This document shows positions 31,243-47,100 of a DNA stretch of 64,000 bases, piece by piece (within the stretch, counting starts at the first letter, position 1; the number at the start of each line of letters is the position of its first letter). The notes under the pieces are model-generated. The model ran no database searches and was not told the origin of the DNA. It saw only the letters and a list, made by a program, of their open reading frames with translations. Source of the DNA: Zootoca vivipara (lineage: Eukaryota); NCBI RefSeq assembly GCF_963506605.1, contig NC_083282.1, positions 39,370,001 through 39,434,000 on the forward strand, written 5' to 3'. Made by a program: the position numbers and the translations under genes.

Positions 31243-31754
31243 TTTTATGAGTTTGTGGGTCGCAGCCCTCTATAATCCCTGGACCCAGCAGGTGTTAGAA
31301 TTTAATCAAGGCTTGTGTGTTAAGCTGAGTGCTAGACACTTCTGATTCCTGGATGCAGCAAGTGCTAAAAGCTAATTAAGCCAGGCTAGCGCAATGGGCC
31401 ATTAAGAGGACCAAGGATCAAAGTGCTGCTTGTGCTAGATTGGCAAAAGGCGGGCCTTCCCTCCTTCAACAGATAAAGCCAGAGTGTAGAGAAGAGGAGC
31501 TAGGAAACTGTAAACTGAAGAGACAGCAAGGTGGGTGGGGGAGCAGTGTTTGATGTCTGTCTGAACCCAAGTCTGTGGCTATGAGAGAAGACCCTTTTGG
31601 GGGGTCTGCTGTGAGCCCCTCCATCATAGGCTCAGGTTGTATATATGTGTAAATAAACCATATATCATAAAGACACCAGTCTCTGCTGTGTCTCATTTCC
31701 AAAAGGAAACCCTTTGGACCCTGCACCACTCAGAGATTGGGGTGGCATGCAACA
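31243..31754 (+). mobile_element. Probable solo LTR (different family)
   Basis: Ends in ...GCAACA. The start TTTTATGAG may be a degenerate TGTT. ATAT flanks both sides, with an internal AATAAA at about 31652. Confidence 0.5.
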
Positions 31755-31961
31755 ATATATACCAGGGCCAGCCCACCCATGAGGCCAGGTGAAGCAACCA
31801 CTGTTTGTTGACTGCAAGGCTGACAGAACCAGCACATGAAGGTCGCAGACTGGGCTCGTATTCAACAAGAAATTGGACATTCACTGCTAATACTATAGCT
31901 TTATCATTGCCATATCAGAACTAGTGGGGATGTTAAGGGGTGGGGTTATAGTGGAAGAAAT

Positions 31962-32092
31962 CATAATCATCACCATCATTTTATTATTTATACCCTGCCC
32001 ATCTGGCTGGGTTTCCAGCAGAAATAAAAATGCCAAACATTGAAAACTTCCTGATACTGGGCTGCTTCAGGTGTCTTCGAAAAGTTGTGTAG
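31962..32092 (-). mobile_element. L2 3'-terminal fragment directly downstream of the TMEM141 retrocopy
   Basis: ATTTATACCCTGCCCATCTGGCTGGGTTT...AAACATTGAAAACTTCCTGATACTGGGCTGCTTCAGGTGTCTTCGAAAAGT aligns by eye with the L2 3' end at 25910-26050. It has a short simple-repeat tail and supplies AATAAA on the minus strand (about 31980-31985). Confidence 0.8.
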
Positions 32093-32204
32093 CATCATTT
32101 GCTTTGCCTCCATCCATTGCGCCCCACCCACCCCCCCCGCCCTGAATTTAATGGGTTGACTCCATGAGCCAAAGGCGTTACATTTCTGCAACAGGATTTT
32201 CAGG

Positions 32205-32762
<558 letters not shown>

Positions 32763-32809
32763 TCATCTGCATGGTTCACTCAAAGATTTATTGCTAATCA
32801 GTAGAGACA

Positions 32810-33164
32810 GGTGACCCAGGTGGCGCTGTGGGCTAAACCACTGAGCCTAGGGCTTGCTGATCAGAAGGTCGGCGGTTCGAATCCCTGTGACGGGGTGAGC
32901 TCCCATTGCTTGGTCCCAGCTCCTGCCAACCTAGCAGTTCGAAAGCACATCAAAATGCAAGTACAGTAGATAAATAGGAACCGCTATAGCGGGAAGGTAA
33001 ACGGCGTTTCCATGTGCTGCTCTGGTTTGCCAGAAGCGGCTTTGTCATGCTGGCCACATGACCTGGAAGCTATACGCTGGCTCCCTCGGCCAATAATGCG
33101 AGATGAGCGCGCAACCCCAGAGTCGGTCACGACTGGACCTAATGGTCAGGGGTCCCTTTACCTT
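32810..33164 (+). mobile_element. Full-length Sauria SINE in the putative TMEM141 retrogene 5'UTR intron
   Basis: Same family, with TSD TAGAGACA on both sides. Confidence 0.9.
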
Positions 33165-33799
33165 TAGAGACATGGGAAACTCTAAGAAGTTCCAATAAAC
33201 CTTAATTGTTTTTTCATCCATCTGGCAGTAGAGTTGCTCTACTATCATATTGCTTGTGCTGAAATCAAACTACATTCCTCCTGCTGGGAGCAAACTTGGA
33301 GGAATAATTTCTGTCCACTGCCTTGCGGGACAAATCAGGAGCGGAGTTCCTAAGATGGTTGGATGGTGCCTTGTACACCTCCTTCCGTCAACTCCTGCAG
33401 CCACCTGTAGTGTCAAATGTACTGTTTTGCTTTCCTTTGGACCACATCAGCGAGGCCCGAGAGGGGGATTGTGTTTTGTTTTCTGAGCAGCCCAGGGCCT
33501 CCATAAACGCTCCTCAGAATTGCGCCCTGGGAAGGTCACTTTGGTGCTGTATTGTCTTCACCACCGGAGGAGCACTCCATTGTCTCTCGAGGCGAAGGAA
33601 AGCGAGGCCGAGAGGGGCCGAGAGCTTGCGCTCTTCCATTGTCTCTCGAGAGGGACGGATGCCAACAACATTATATATTGGATATTTTAAAACACTATAT
33701 TGTATATATTAAATATTTAATTATATATCTATTTTTTAAAACAAACAAACAAAACAAAACAAAATATGTTTTAAAATATATCGAAATTGCACAAAGAAA

Positions 33800-34230
33800 A
33801 CAGAGGCACATCTCACTTACTTCCTCCCCCTTTTCTACCGGGACTCCGTAAGAAAGTAAACTTCCGCTTAGAGAACGGTTGACTGAAGCGCCACACAGAC
33901 GACGGACGCGCCAAATTAACGTCACTGAAGCTATTCCCTGCTCTTGGCCACGGCAGCAGGGCTCCCTGGGATAGCATCCGGGAACTGAAGCAGTTCCCAT
34001 CCGCTAGCAGCATGATGGGAGGGCGAGGGATGATGTTCCATTCAACGCGGGAACAGCTAAACGTATGTATGAATGCGCGCGCATTAAGCACATGTGCACG
34101 AACACCCGAATGGAGCTAATGCGTGTTTGCGCAACTTCACCTCATGCTTCAGAGGTATCAACAGATTCCTAATTCCTCCCTTTGGCAAGTGGGCGGGGGA
34201 CCCTCACTGTGGATTGGCTCCAATAAACCC
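33800..34230. promoter_or_regulatory. CpG-rich putative bidirectional promoter (TMEM141 retrogene on -, NDC1 on +)
   Basis: CpG cluster with ETS-like ACTTCCGC (about 33860-33867), E2F-like CGCGCCAAA (33907-33915), GC box GGGCGG (about 34191) and ATTGG/CCAAT (about 34213-34224). Minus-strand donor GAA|GTAAGT at 33820. Confidence 0.6.
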
Positions 34231-35295
34231 ATAGTTTTTAAGCACAGGCTTGTAAAACTTCCAAGATTCATTCAGTTTTATCTTTTGGGGGAGAACTGAA
34301 GAGGACTGCAGGCAAGTTAAACTGGAGTAAGGTGTTGTTGTTTTTTATATGAGAACATAGTCCAGTAGAATTGACATTACTGTACTTTCCAGTATCGGGT
34401 TGCTAGTTCTCCTGCCTTAGCCTAAAGCAGAAGTTGCTGCCCCATGAAGTCGGTCAGCCCTTTCCATCCTAGGAAAGGCTGTCTTCGTTGAACCTCTGCA
34501 TGCATGCTGCTATAACAGCAGAGGAATGCAGCCAGGAAAAGGTGGCACCAACCTTTGCTAGGTGGAAGTGGAGCAGGGGTTGTTGCTCATATTTATAATG
34601 GTATAAAACAACAGCCACCTGTTAAGATGTCTCAAATGTCCACAGAGGACAGCTGGCTTAAGAAAGTACTACCCATTGCTATCCTTGAAAAATCGGCCCA
34701 CCACTGGAAAGTATTAAGTGGAAACACCAAACATGGGGATTTGCAGCTGTTTGTTGGACTTTTATGACATATATGTTCTAGTTTCAAAATTGTACCAGCC
34801 AAATATGACTTTATGTAGAGCTGTTCATGACATCTATGTGTGTCTTTACATATAAATACCGGTAGCACGTAAAATTCATTGTGTCCTCGGGTCTTCAGTC
34901 AGATTGCGAGATGACATCTTGCCCATCCCTATATGCTCATCCTTCACCCCCTTCCTCCAAAGCCCAAGGAAGAGCTGGTAGTTTGCTTTCTTACACTGTG
35001 TAATTACAGGTTTCATGCCTCAGTCAATAGTTGTTTGTTTGTTTTGATTAATAACATTAATTTTTTTTAGAAAATCAGTTGTTCCTGAGAGGGACAAGGT
35101 GCAGCCCCATCTACCCAGCTGGTTTCGTTCCTTCAGAAAGATAGCATGAGATCCATAAGACAATAGCAAACAAAATATTCAAATACACACACACAATCAA
35201 TATGGCTAACGTGATCCAAAACACCCAACCACCCCATTCACACATGAAACAAAGACCACCACAGCCAACCACAAATAAGCAACCATATCCTAGGC

Positions 35296-35431
35296 CAGGC
35301 ATCCCCAAACTTCGGCCCTCCAGATGTTTTGGACTACAATTCCCATCTTCCCCAACCACTGGTCTTGTTAGCTAGGGATCATGGGAGTTGTAGGCCAAAA
35401 CGTCTGGAGGGCCGCAGTTTGGGGATGCCTG
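35296..35431. mobile_element. Palindromic hAT MITE, same family
   Basis: Same sequence family, TSD TCCTAGGC. Confidence 0.88.
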
Positions 35432-36440
35432 TCCTAGGCCAACCCCAACACCTCTCACCGCTAAAGGAACACAAGCGAACAGCAGAGAACCTACACAAGC
35501 GACACTCACAAAAACCCCCACACATATTAAGCAAAATAGAAACACCGTCACCTGACCCCACCCCCACCCACCCTTCCCCCATCTACCTCTTTCCCCTCTT
35601 TCTTCCCAATGTCTCAACAAATGAAACTGATTTGTAAAAATGTTACAAGAGACATTGCACATATTTCTGTAAATCAAGAAAATCCTTAATTAAAAAAATA
35701 AATAAACACACACACACAAGGAAAAATGTACAGGGAAGGAGGAGGAAAACATGGAAACGTAGGCACCGGTCCTTACATATACTGAAAATGAACATAATCC
35801 CGCTGTCCCTCTTCTCCCTCTGGTGCAGCCAGATTTACAAAAATATTGCTGTCCTGCAATGGGCCAAATGTATGTATGCTTAGTGTAATTGTGATTAGCT
35901 GGCTCACTAGCTATAGGTTCTCCAAATCTGTCTATGGAGTGGTAGCTCTGTGTATAAAACTTTGAGAACCTGTCAGAAAGCACAGCCCTTCTTCCAGCTG
36001 GGCTAGCAACCGCTACTCAGTCTACTCTGAAGCAAACCCATTTGAGTTTAGTGGAACTTACTTTCAAGTAAGCAGTGTTAGGATTGCACCCTTTAATGTT
36101 CACATGCCTGGCCTAGGGAGTGAGCTGTTGCTTTTCAAGAGATCAATGTTTTATAATTCTGAAATAACTCCCATTCCCTCACCTCTTCCATTTTAATGGA
36201 AACACTGCCTACTTATTTTCCTCTGAAAAATGTTCATTTAAAGCTGCATAAGATTTGACAGTGATCAAACTCTTGCATCAAATAAAAAAAATAAAAAAAA
36301 TAATTTTGACTTAAAGTTTTCCAAAAGTTCTATTTCTCTTTTCCCCACCTCTCTCCACCAGCCTTGAGAGAGGTTCATCTTGAGTCTACATCCTGGTTTA
36401 TGGATTCTGTCTTTGGTATACGTTTTTGTTTCCTTTCCAG

Positions 36441-39400
36441 ATCTTGGGATGGAGAGCAGCTGCAAGCCTTGCTTGGTCGGTGCTGCTGCTTCCTCTGTGT
36501 ATTGCAGCCTTCATCAGCATTAGCAACATCGACTTCTTCCACCCGGTACAATGGATCACAAGTATGTCAGTGCCCTGCCCGAGACAAATGTTACAGAGCA
36601 GTATTTATGCTGTTTTTTATTCAACATTTTAGTCAACATTATTTGGGCATATTATCAATTCTGACAACAGCCCTAATATTTAGGCCAGTGTTCTCGTGCT
36701 ACACGTAGAGCAAGGATGGGGAACATTTTTTTTACAGCCTGAGCGCTACATGCCAATGGTGGGAGGGGGCAGAGGCAAAAATGGGTAGAGCAACAAATGT
36801 AAATGGTGCCTTTGTACAGTAGGCTGGTGGCTACACACACTTGCACACCCTTCTGTATCCTCCATCCAGACATGCCAGAGGTATTATCAGAGTTATCTCT
36901 GGACCCCTGGAATGGCCAGTTCTGGACTGGGAAGAAGGCAGGGTAATAACAGTAACAACAGCAACAACAATGGTTTAGCATGATGTGTGAATGTGATCAC
37001 TGAGTTTATGGCTGGGGTGAAAGATATACCAAAGACGCCCTAGGTCTCAGCCCAGCTTGTAGGCACTAAGATCTAGTAGTAGATCTGTTGTATAGTACTT
37101 CTGATTCATATTTTTTCCCCCTGTCTTAGGCTCATTCAATGACCTGTATACCTCCTACGTTATTTTCTGCATACTGCTAATGTCTGTGGTCATACTGGTA
37201 ATAAGCATCTTCAACGTTGAATTTCATGCAGGTTGGTGTTGAAAGCTGCATCAACTTAAAAAGTGCTGTTTGATTTGCTGATTTGTGCTTAACTCTGTGC
37301 ATAACGTTAGGCTTTGTTTTAAACTTTGGAATCTGTTTCTTCGTGTGTCAGTAGAAACGTAGTTTCCAACCTTTGCTCTTAAAACTCTCCATTAATAAAT
37401 GTTGAATAACTCTAAATGGTGTGCTAAATCCTTAAAGGCTTCTACAGCACCATTCTCCACTCTTGAAGGTCTGAGTTGGCTTTTTTAAAAAGAACTCAGG
37501 AGTGCTTAAATGAGGAGCAGTGATTGCCTGACTGTGGTGTCTTGAAATGTGACACAAAGTATGTACATAATGTGATACTCTTTAAGTCAGGAGGTGGTTA
37601 AATGTTCTTATTTCCCTTCTTACTTTGCAGTTGTTCCTTCTATTCCTTGCTCTCGGTTAGCTTTGATAAGCAAGATTATCCACCCGCAGCAAGTGATCCA
37701 TTCTGTTGCTCATGCTGTAATGGGAATGCTGGTAGCTTGGTGTGCAGCAGTTATGACGAAGGGGAAGTTTCTTTTTTTATCTGTACCCTGCACAGCTACA
37801 GAAAGGTAACTATTGGGGTGGTTCAAGAGCTGTTTATTAAAATGTAACTTCTTGCGAATACTAATAACAAAATGCTGCCAGATAGTTCACATTAGGTGAT
37901 TCTCATTTTGCTGCAAGTATAGAAAGCTGGTAGGAAGATGTGTGCAAGCAAATGTTTCCTGAGAAATAAATTGCTGTATACTTGTGACCCTTTGGGTGCA
38001 GAAGATAAAGGTAGCCTTGTAGCCACAGGTGAGGCAAGGAGAGACTTGGTGGAGGAAGGAACATTTGCTCCATCTCTCCTCTTCTAACCTCCTCAGTATA
38101 AGGCTTTTTGTTGACAACTTACCCTAATAGTCAGGGGTCCCTTTACCTTTACCTTTTTAACCTGCCAAAAGGCTAGAAGCTTGCATTTCCATGAAGGCCA
38201 TAGAGGACAGGGCTCCACCTATACTGTAGCTTTTATAGGAAGTTAGTAACATTTTTGCAGACTAAAAATAATTTACAAACCTGGATTAAAATTCTCCAAA
38301 GAGGCTGCCCCTATTTCTGTAGCGTTTTCCCTATTTTTAGGACACAAGTCAAGGTTGCTGAGAAAATGCAATTCTCACACTAGCTAACTGCAGCCAGTGA
38401 TCCAATAAGGATTATAGTCGGTTACAGATATCTGTTGGATAGTGCTCAGGATGCTGCCACTGCCCCCCAATAGTTGTGCAATTTTATCACTTTTTAAAAA
38501 GTCAACAGTTAAAAATGAGCGCCTCCTTGCAATACCATATGAGTACCTATGTATATCTACAAGGTGAATTGAATATAAAGTTGGGGAATATGTGTTTCAG
38601 TCTGTTTATTATGTAATAAATAAACGAGGGTAAAACCTTTTTTCATAGTTGCTGAACAGTGTTTTGGAATGAGTCCTCTGCCAGCTTGATTTTGCAAAAA
38701 TTGGATAACATTTCCTTAAAAGTATAATGAAGTATAGTGTTATTATCTTCCTGTGCAACTAAAGGCTAAAATTACTGCTTTGCTTCAGTGTAGCTGATGC
38801 TGATCTGCACATGTGCCTGAATGAGTACCACCTCTTCCTCTTGCTTCTTGGAGCCTTTATGGGTTACAGCTATAGCCTTCGGTATCTTGTTAACAATTTG
38901 AACTACCTTCCATTTCCAGTTATACAGGTAAGCGCTCAAGTAACAGCAGGAATAGAATTCAAACACTGGGCCACCTGTAGTGCTTTTGCTTTTATGTGAT
39001 CATGAAGATCAGCAGTTTGAATCCGCGTGACGGGGTGAACTCCCATTGCTCTGTCCCAGCTTCTGCCAACCTAGCAGTCCGAAACTACACCAGTGTAAGT
39101 AGATAAATAGGTATCACTGTAGCGGGAAGATAAACAGTGTTTCCGTGCACTCTGCCTTCCATCACGGTGTTCTGTTGTGCCAGAAGCGTTTTAGTTATGC
39201 TGGCCACATGACCCAGAAAGCTGTCTGTTGATAAACACTGGCTCCTTCGGCCTGAAAGCAAGATGAGCGCCACATCTCATAGTCACCTTTAAGTGGACTT
39301 AACTGTCCAGGGGCCCTTTACCTTTTTTAACCTTTTACCTTTACCTTTTTTAAACCTTTTACATGATCATGACTATTACATATTTGGGAGAAAGTCATAT

Positions 39401-42400
39401 CATGCTGGGTCCAGGAAGGATTTTCTTGCAGGGCATAGCTGCAGCATAGGGGGTGGGGACTCGAGAAATATGAGCAGATCTTGAAGAAGGAGACTTCCCA
39501 CGTCTGTTGGGAGAACTCTCCTAGATGGTGTGGCTTGTGATGTGGGCATCTGCAGTGGGTAGACAAAATTGTCCCATATCAGACAGAAACCCCTTATATG
39601 AGCAGAGCTTCCTTCTTTCAACAATCTTCTATCCGCTTGCAGTTCTCAGGTTCCAAATGAATGATTTTTGAGATTGTCTATGACCCTGTTATAGTTGGGC
39701 TTTGATGCTGTGTGACAGTAATTCAGTTTATTGTAGCCATTTTACCACAGTACAGTGGGTTGCATCCAGAGAACTCCGCTTTTCCCATAGTGTTTTCCAG
39801 GCTGATCCCTCTTTAGAAGCCCTTGTGCTTCATGCAAAGGATGCCCCTGAGGATTTTGGGGCTGTAGCAGGATGGTGAAATCAGAAGAATTTGGTTTTGC
39901 TGCCATGCACACGCAGAAGTGCCTTTCCACTTGTGTAGGACACCTTGGATCCAAGCCAGTAACCTATAGTAGTACAATATTTGGGACGAGAGTAATTCTA
40001 AAATAGAAGAAAATGTGCTCTTAAAATCTGTCAGAATCTTACAGTATCTGAAATAATTTCTGAGTTTAAAATGTGACATATTTTTAACTCCAAAGTCTGA
40101 TACCGGTATATGGTATGTTGATAAGAATATTCTGCTGTTAAACATTTGCCCAATCTTTTTCAGCAATACAAGTATCTGCGCTTCAGGAGATCACTTCCGT
40201 TGCTTGCAAAGCATAGTTGTGTGGAGTCACTTTATATGGTCAGAAACTTTTGTGCTGCTTACTATTTCTTTGGTAAGAATTTTTGGTAATTTTACTTCTC
40301 TCCCCCTGCCTCCTTTTTTTGTAAATGATAAGAGTGGGAAGTAAGGCAGTGTTTCCCTGATAACAAGTTGCTGAATTGGGGTGAGAGGGGGCTTTACATA
40401 AGGGTTGGTTGCCATGGTCATGCCCAACTTGTGGGGTTTACAAAGTCAACTGGCCAGTATAGGGGAGGGGAAAAATGCTCTGCGTAGTGGAGTTTTGCCC
40501 CAATTTATCACCATTTCTTTTCCTTAAAACTTTCAAATTTCTGTTGGTAATATATTTTTATGCCATAAATATATTTCCTCTCTGGAAGTGTTAATACACC
40601 TGTGTTTTTACAGCTTGATTTCCCCCCTGTTTGTGGCATTTTAGGTTATATTCCAAGGGCATGGATAATTACCACAATGAACCTTCAGACCGATAGGTTA
40701 GTACCTATAACAAATAACAAATACATTGCATTTCTAACTCTTCATCTTGTTATAGAGGAACTTCCTGTACATTTTGAAGGTCGTCAGATTCCTACTCCAT
40801 TTCTTTAGGACAGGCATCCCCAAACTTCGGCCCTCCAGGTGTTTTGGACTACAATTCCCATCATCCCTGACCACTGATCCTCTTAGCTAGGGATCATGGG
40901 AGTTGTAGGGCAAAACATCTGGAGGGCCGAAGTTTGGGGATGCCTGCTTTAGGAAATAAGAATCCCAAAGCAGCTAAAAAACAACAGCCTAGCAAGACTG
41001 TCCCCACTTTTAGGCATGTAATGTGACACACGAGGAAGAAGGAAGGAAGGAAGAGGGGGGGAGGAAACAAGCTCAGACTTCATTCTTTACAATTGCAGTT
41101 CTCCTAGTATTCAGTTGAGGTAGAAACAATTCAGGTAGGCTGATGGAGTTTAGCCAGTTAGATATTAAAACCAACACTTTTTATTGAGCCCAGAAGACAA
41201 TAGGAATGCTTATGCAAATACTAGAGTAGTGGTATAATAATTCCCCAAGCAACCTACTCCTGTCAGTGAAAAGTGATGCATTTAATTGAAGCTTTTGGAT
41301 TCTTATTGAGGGTGGTCTGGCACAGATGTTTCTTTCTAACAAGATGTGCTAAGTAAAAAAAAACACCTGGCCTCCCCCACCACCCTGGTATCAAGGCACA
41401 TGGGCATCTTTCCTGCTATTGATGGCCAGTCAAGGTCACATGCAGCTGTGATGTCATACAGAGCTTCAAAACTAACTTTCCAGCTCACCCCACCAGTCTG
41501 ATGGTGCCCACAAGAGAATAATATTCTTCCGTGGAGTAGGATAAATAGACTGGACACTAAAGCTTTCCACCAGGGATAATTCTTACAGTGTTGGGAGATT
41601 TTAAAGAGGTCAGCAGTTTGAGTCTCATTGGGAAATGATGGTGGCCTTATCCTCTCTCGCAGTGGGAAGGAACAAAGAACAGACTTCACAGGCATCCTTG
41701 GTGTGTCATTGTGTTTGCTTGGTGGGCTTGCTCAGTCGGTTTGATTCTGTGTCAGTGGAGAAGGTCCCAACTGTCTTCCACTATGCCTTGAGAAATCATA
41801 TGGGAAACACTTTCACAACAGAAGTATTAGAATCAGATTTCCACTTGCATAGTTCATTTGTTGTGGTGTGTAAGGGTAAAAAAAAAAGCAAGCCTTTTGA
41901 TATAGACCGGCTTGTTTTTATATACTGCTCATTGCAAAAAACAGCATCTAATTGTGTTGGCTTTCCCCCCGCTGGCCTTCTAGTAAACTTCATCCTCTGG
42001 ACACGATGGCTGGTCTCTTGGATTTGTCCCTTCTGTACCACAGCTGGCTATGTGGTGTGTTTCTTCTGATGACTTGGTACATTGCATGGCTGCTCTTCAG
42101 AATCTATGCCACTGAGGTTGGTGCTGTATGTCTGATACATACAATCTTACTATCTCTTCCGTTTTTATGTCTAGCACAGCAGGAACTTTTGAGATCAGAT
42201 AAATTGGTTTTCAGTTGGATAATTTTACATCCCTTTCCCCTGCTTTCTTGTCAGAGCTGGGTTGGGTTGGCAGCCTGTCCGTTTTTCTGGTTTGACCAGG
42301 CTTGCAAATGATCACTTGGTATATATATTCTTATTGATTTTGACAAAGGGGTGTTTCTCATGGCGAGCTTCAGCTATGGTGTGTGTTCAATTTCCAGGCA

Positions 42401-44148
42401 CATCACTTTCCTGTCCAGCCGACTTTTGCGGAAGAAACCGATCAGTGTCTACCTAAAATTTTAAGCAGCAACCCCCCACCTCTTTTAAAGGTATGAGTTT
42501 GGTTGAATACACAGACTTGTCAAATTGCCTCTTGCGTAGTCTTTGTCATAATAGAAGCAATTCAAGTAAAATTTAAGTGATAAAGCATGGGGTTTCATGC
42601 AAGATATTTTTCAATCTACCAGTAAAATTCACACTAGAAGCTTGCAGCCAAGGATTTGACTGGTTTTCTAGATCACTATGGAAATGTAATCTTTTCTCGC
42701 CTCTGTAACTTCTAGCCATAAGTTTCTTTTGCCCATATTCCTGGTTTTCCTTCCCCTGTCACATTCCTCTTTCCTCTCCTTATTCCTCTGGATCATTTCT
42801 TTCTCCCTCCTCCCCTTTTTGAAGTTGCTGTGCTTCTCTTTCGGGATCCCAACCCCTCTTTCCCGAGGTCTGTAATGCTTCTATGGTCTCCTTCCTTAGG
42901 CCATTCTCTCTGGCTTGCCTTATCAGCTTAGCAAGTGACAGCCATAAATCCTTTTCCATTCTGCATCCATTTTCACAACTCTAGCAGCTCAGTCAGATCC
43001 TGCCAAATGCTTCACCACTGCAACATTTTAGTGCAAAAATCTGTCTGTGTATCAAAGCTTTCATGTGCATGCACACTTCTGAAGTGTGTCTGAAAAAGTG
43101 TGCATGCACACAAAAGCTTATACCCAGAACAAACTTAGTTGTCTCTAAGGTGCTACCGGCCAATTTTTAATTTATTTTGAGGGGGCAGAATGAAGGGAAT
43201 TTTAGTGATAAAATTCGAGTAAAAATGTTACAGCTGTTAATACTTCTAAACATTTCCCCCTGCAGTTCTTGGCTTTACAGGACTTGATGTTCCTTTCCCA
43301 GTATTCTTCTGTGCGACGCCAAGAGGTCTTCAGCCTTAGCCAGCCAGGTATTTGGGGAAAAAATATCTATGACTCATTAAGTCAGAAGGGGAAAGTGAGA
43401 AGTACTCTGCAAGAAGCTGACTTTGAGGAGAGTTGTTCTGTTTTCATTGTTGTATTTAGCAAATACTAGTGTGAGGAAAGGTAGGTTTTTATATAGAGCA
43501 TCTTATGCTGACCACCATTGTGTCCAAAACAAGGTACAGTCATACCTCGGTTTAAGTACGCTTCGGGGTTTGAGTACTTTCAGTTTAAGTACTCCGCGGA
43601 CCCGTCTGGAATGGATTAATCCACTTTCCATTACTTTCAATGGGTAAGTTCGCTTCAGGTTATGTACAGACTTCCGGAACCAATTGTGTACTTAAACCGA
43701 GGTACCACTGTATGAGGAGGTCCAAGATGGGATTGTGTACAAACAGCATCTCCCCTCTACATTGGCAAAGCAGATGGTGCTTGTTGCATGCATTAAAAGT
43801 AATGCATCTATGCATATTTTATTTGGGCTTTTTGGACGCCAATACATTTCTGTGAAATACGTTGGAAATGCCTCATTCCACTGCCTGATGTTCCAGTGTT
43901 TATTGACTAGCTTCTGGTGGCTTTGTCACCATATTCGTGGCCTAACATTTTGACCACAACTTTGGGCATTTAAAGGGTTCATGTTTGGAGTTGATTTTAT
44001 TTTACTTCACATACTTCACTGTGATATAAGGGCTTGCGTAATAGCCTGACCCCTGTTTTGGGCTACTTCATGCTATGTAAATTGGCTAGATTTTTTTGGT
44101 TGTAAGTCGTTCTGAGTTGCCTTGGGCAAGATAAAGTGGCTAACAAAT

Positions 44149-44194
<46 letters not shown>

Positions 44195-47100
44195 GTTTTT
44201 AAGTCTAGACATTCTGCTTGTCTGTAAAAGGTGGACACCCTCACAATTGGACTTCAATCTCCCAGGAGTGCTTGAAACTTTTAAATGATCTGACACAGAA
44301 ACTGATAATGCACCAGGAGGCTGCAGCTGCAAACGGGAGGCTGAAACAGCCATCTGTGGGGGACTTGAGACAGCCCTCCAGCCCTCCAGGTACTGGACGA
44401 ATCAGTTGCAATGCTGCAGTTCTTGAGTCTCCAAATAATGGTTGGGCCTGCCAAAGGGTGTCCGGGGAGAATCCTATTTCAAAAAGGGGTGGGCCAGCTG
44501 ATTTATTCTTTCAGTTGCATTTGGAGCTTTTGCTGATTCCCCCCCCTCTTTAAAAAAACACACATTCCAGTGGATGTTTGTAAAGAGCAGCTTCAGACTT
44601 TATGTGGGAATGCTGCCTTTCCATGGCTGTGCTGGTATTTTCTCACAGTAAACCCATGTTCACAGGCACACATTGCTCAGCGTGCAGTGAAAATGTACTA
44701 GGGAACTCCCTGTGGTTTCTGTCCGCTTTATGTCATGAGATATGCACCTGCCCTTCATGCTTTGCTTGTGTTACAGCAGTGTTTTCCCCCAGCAAACAAT
44801 TATAAGGTAAAGGTAAAGGACCCCTGGACGGTTAAGTCCAGTCAAAGGCGACTATGGGGTTGCGCCGCTCATCTTGCTTTCAGGCCGAGGGAGCCGGCGT
44901 TTGTCCATAGACAGTTTGCCGGGTCATGTGGCCAGCATAACTAAACCGCTACTGGTGCAAGGAGGACCGTGACAGAAGCCAGAGCACACAGAAACAGTGT
45001 TTAGTCAGAGTGCATGGAAACGTCGTTTACCTTCCCGCCACTGGCATGCTTTCAAACTGCTAGGTTGGCAGGAGCTGAGACAGAGCAACGGGAGCTCACC
45101 CCATCACGGGGATTCGAACTGCCGACCTTCCGATCAGCAATCCCAAGAGACTCAGTGGTTTAGGCCACAGCTGATATAATTGAAGTATAATAAAGTATGA
45201 AGCAGCCCTAAGGAATACCCTGTTTCTCATATTTTAAGACATACCCATAAAATAAGCCATAGCAGGATTTTTAAGCATTCAAGGAATATAAGCCATACCC
45301 CGAAAATAAGACATAGTGATAGGTGCAGCAGCAATGCCGGCCGCGGCAGGAGGAGGAGGAAAAAAATAAGACATCCCTTGAAAATAAGCCATAGTGTGTT
45401 TTTTTGAGGAAAAAATGAATATAAGACATGTCTTATAATATGAGAAACACGGTATATCACCTCCTGTTGCTGCCCAGCTGGGATTTGGATTGCTGTCAGT
45501 TAGTAACTAAAACATTAGGTTTGCAAAGTGCATGACTTAGTGAATGCTACTTGTTGGTATAAACCATTTTGAGTTCTTCTTGTAAAATATTCTTATTTGC
45601 CAGGAGCAGCTGCTGAAGAAACATCATTTCACACTCCAAGGTCCATTATGCTTCCTCGAACCCAAATGCCTTCTCTGGTCAAATCATATATGTTGCCTTT
45701 GAAAACACCCTCCTCTTCTGACGTCAGAAGCAATTTAGGGTCACCTTTCACTCCTCTGAGTAGCAAGGCTGGCGTGCTGGATTTAAACTCTCCTTGGAAT
45801 GGATCTGTCCAAAGTCCCCATGTTATGAGGAGAGGACCAAAATTATGGACAAGTAGTTCAGGTAGAATTTCTTCTGTCCCAACCTTAGTTTGAGCACTTG
45901 GCTACTTATTACTGGGACACCCAGTTAGCCTTTTTGTTTTGTTTTGTTTTTAAAAAGGGGTGGGGGAACCAACAGTTTGGATTTCTCTTGTAGATCTGCA
46001 GTGGACAGCCTCTTCTCCTGAACTCTACCCAATGGGTGCTGTTGCAGGCGGTGCAAATGAAGCAGTACAACCAAGTTTTATCTATACGTGGTTGCAGAGC
46101 AAGAAAGAGCAGGTATATGAAATCAAGCAATTACTGTAATGAGTCAGTACTTCCACCAGCATTATTTTCTTGTGCATTCCCCCAGCGCTTTGTAATGTAG
46201 TTTAGTGCATTTCCCAAAGCAATCTGTAAACTTGCAGCAATGACCACTTGATAGCAACTCCTATCCCTGCAATGAAGCAGCACATTTTTGTTCTGATCAT
46301 TGACACAACTCCAAAGATTAAAATCTCTACTCTACTGAAGCTCTTGATTAAAATAAATGTGGGTTGCAGAACATAAACCACTGTCAAATGCAGTGCTTGC
46401 AATTCAGAATATCTAGACCATGGAGAGAGACTAAGATAAAACCTGAAATGCATTTATTTGGAACTGCATACTGTTTTAAATTGTTGGGAATTAATGCCAA
46501 CAAACACATTTTAGGATTGGGGTGTCAACCAGTGAAGCTTAAAAGTTTTGGATTACTTTTAAACAGAGAGTAAATACCATTTTGATCTGCTAAAGATGTT
46601 TCGTTGTCTTTTCATTGATATTTTCTTCTTCCAGATCAAAAGCTTCTTATCAAAGCGAGTACTGGTCATGTACTTTTTCAGCAAGGTAAGGACGAGGACA
46701 TGACTTAGTGATCGAAACTAACTGGGCAGCAAAGAATTATTGTTGTTACTACCTTTTGAACTACTCCTATGAAACCTATGCACATAACTATTGAACTCAA
46801 ACAAGATAGGGGAACCTGTTGCCCTGAAAGCAACTCTCATCATCCCTGACTGTAATGGTGGTGTTGCGGCTACTCTCAAGTAAAGACGCCCAAGTCTGTG
46901 CTTGTCTTTAAGGTTTTATTGTGCATAATATTTACAGTGCAGAGATAGCAGAAAACATGACCTCCTAGTCACTCGCAGAATCCGGGAGTGGACGTTTCCT
47001 GTTGTGTGACCAGCATAAGAGCTTGGGCACCCCGAAACGCCTCCTCCCGGCCTTCCGTTTGGTGGCGCGCCTTAATTCGGGCCCCGGAAGGGGCTGCCTG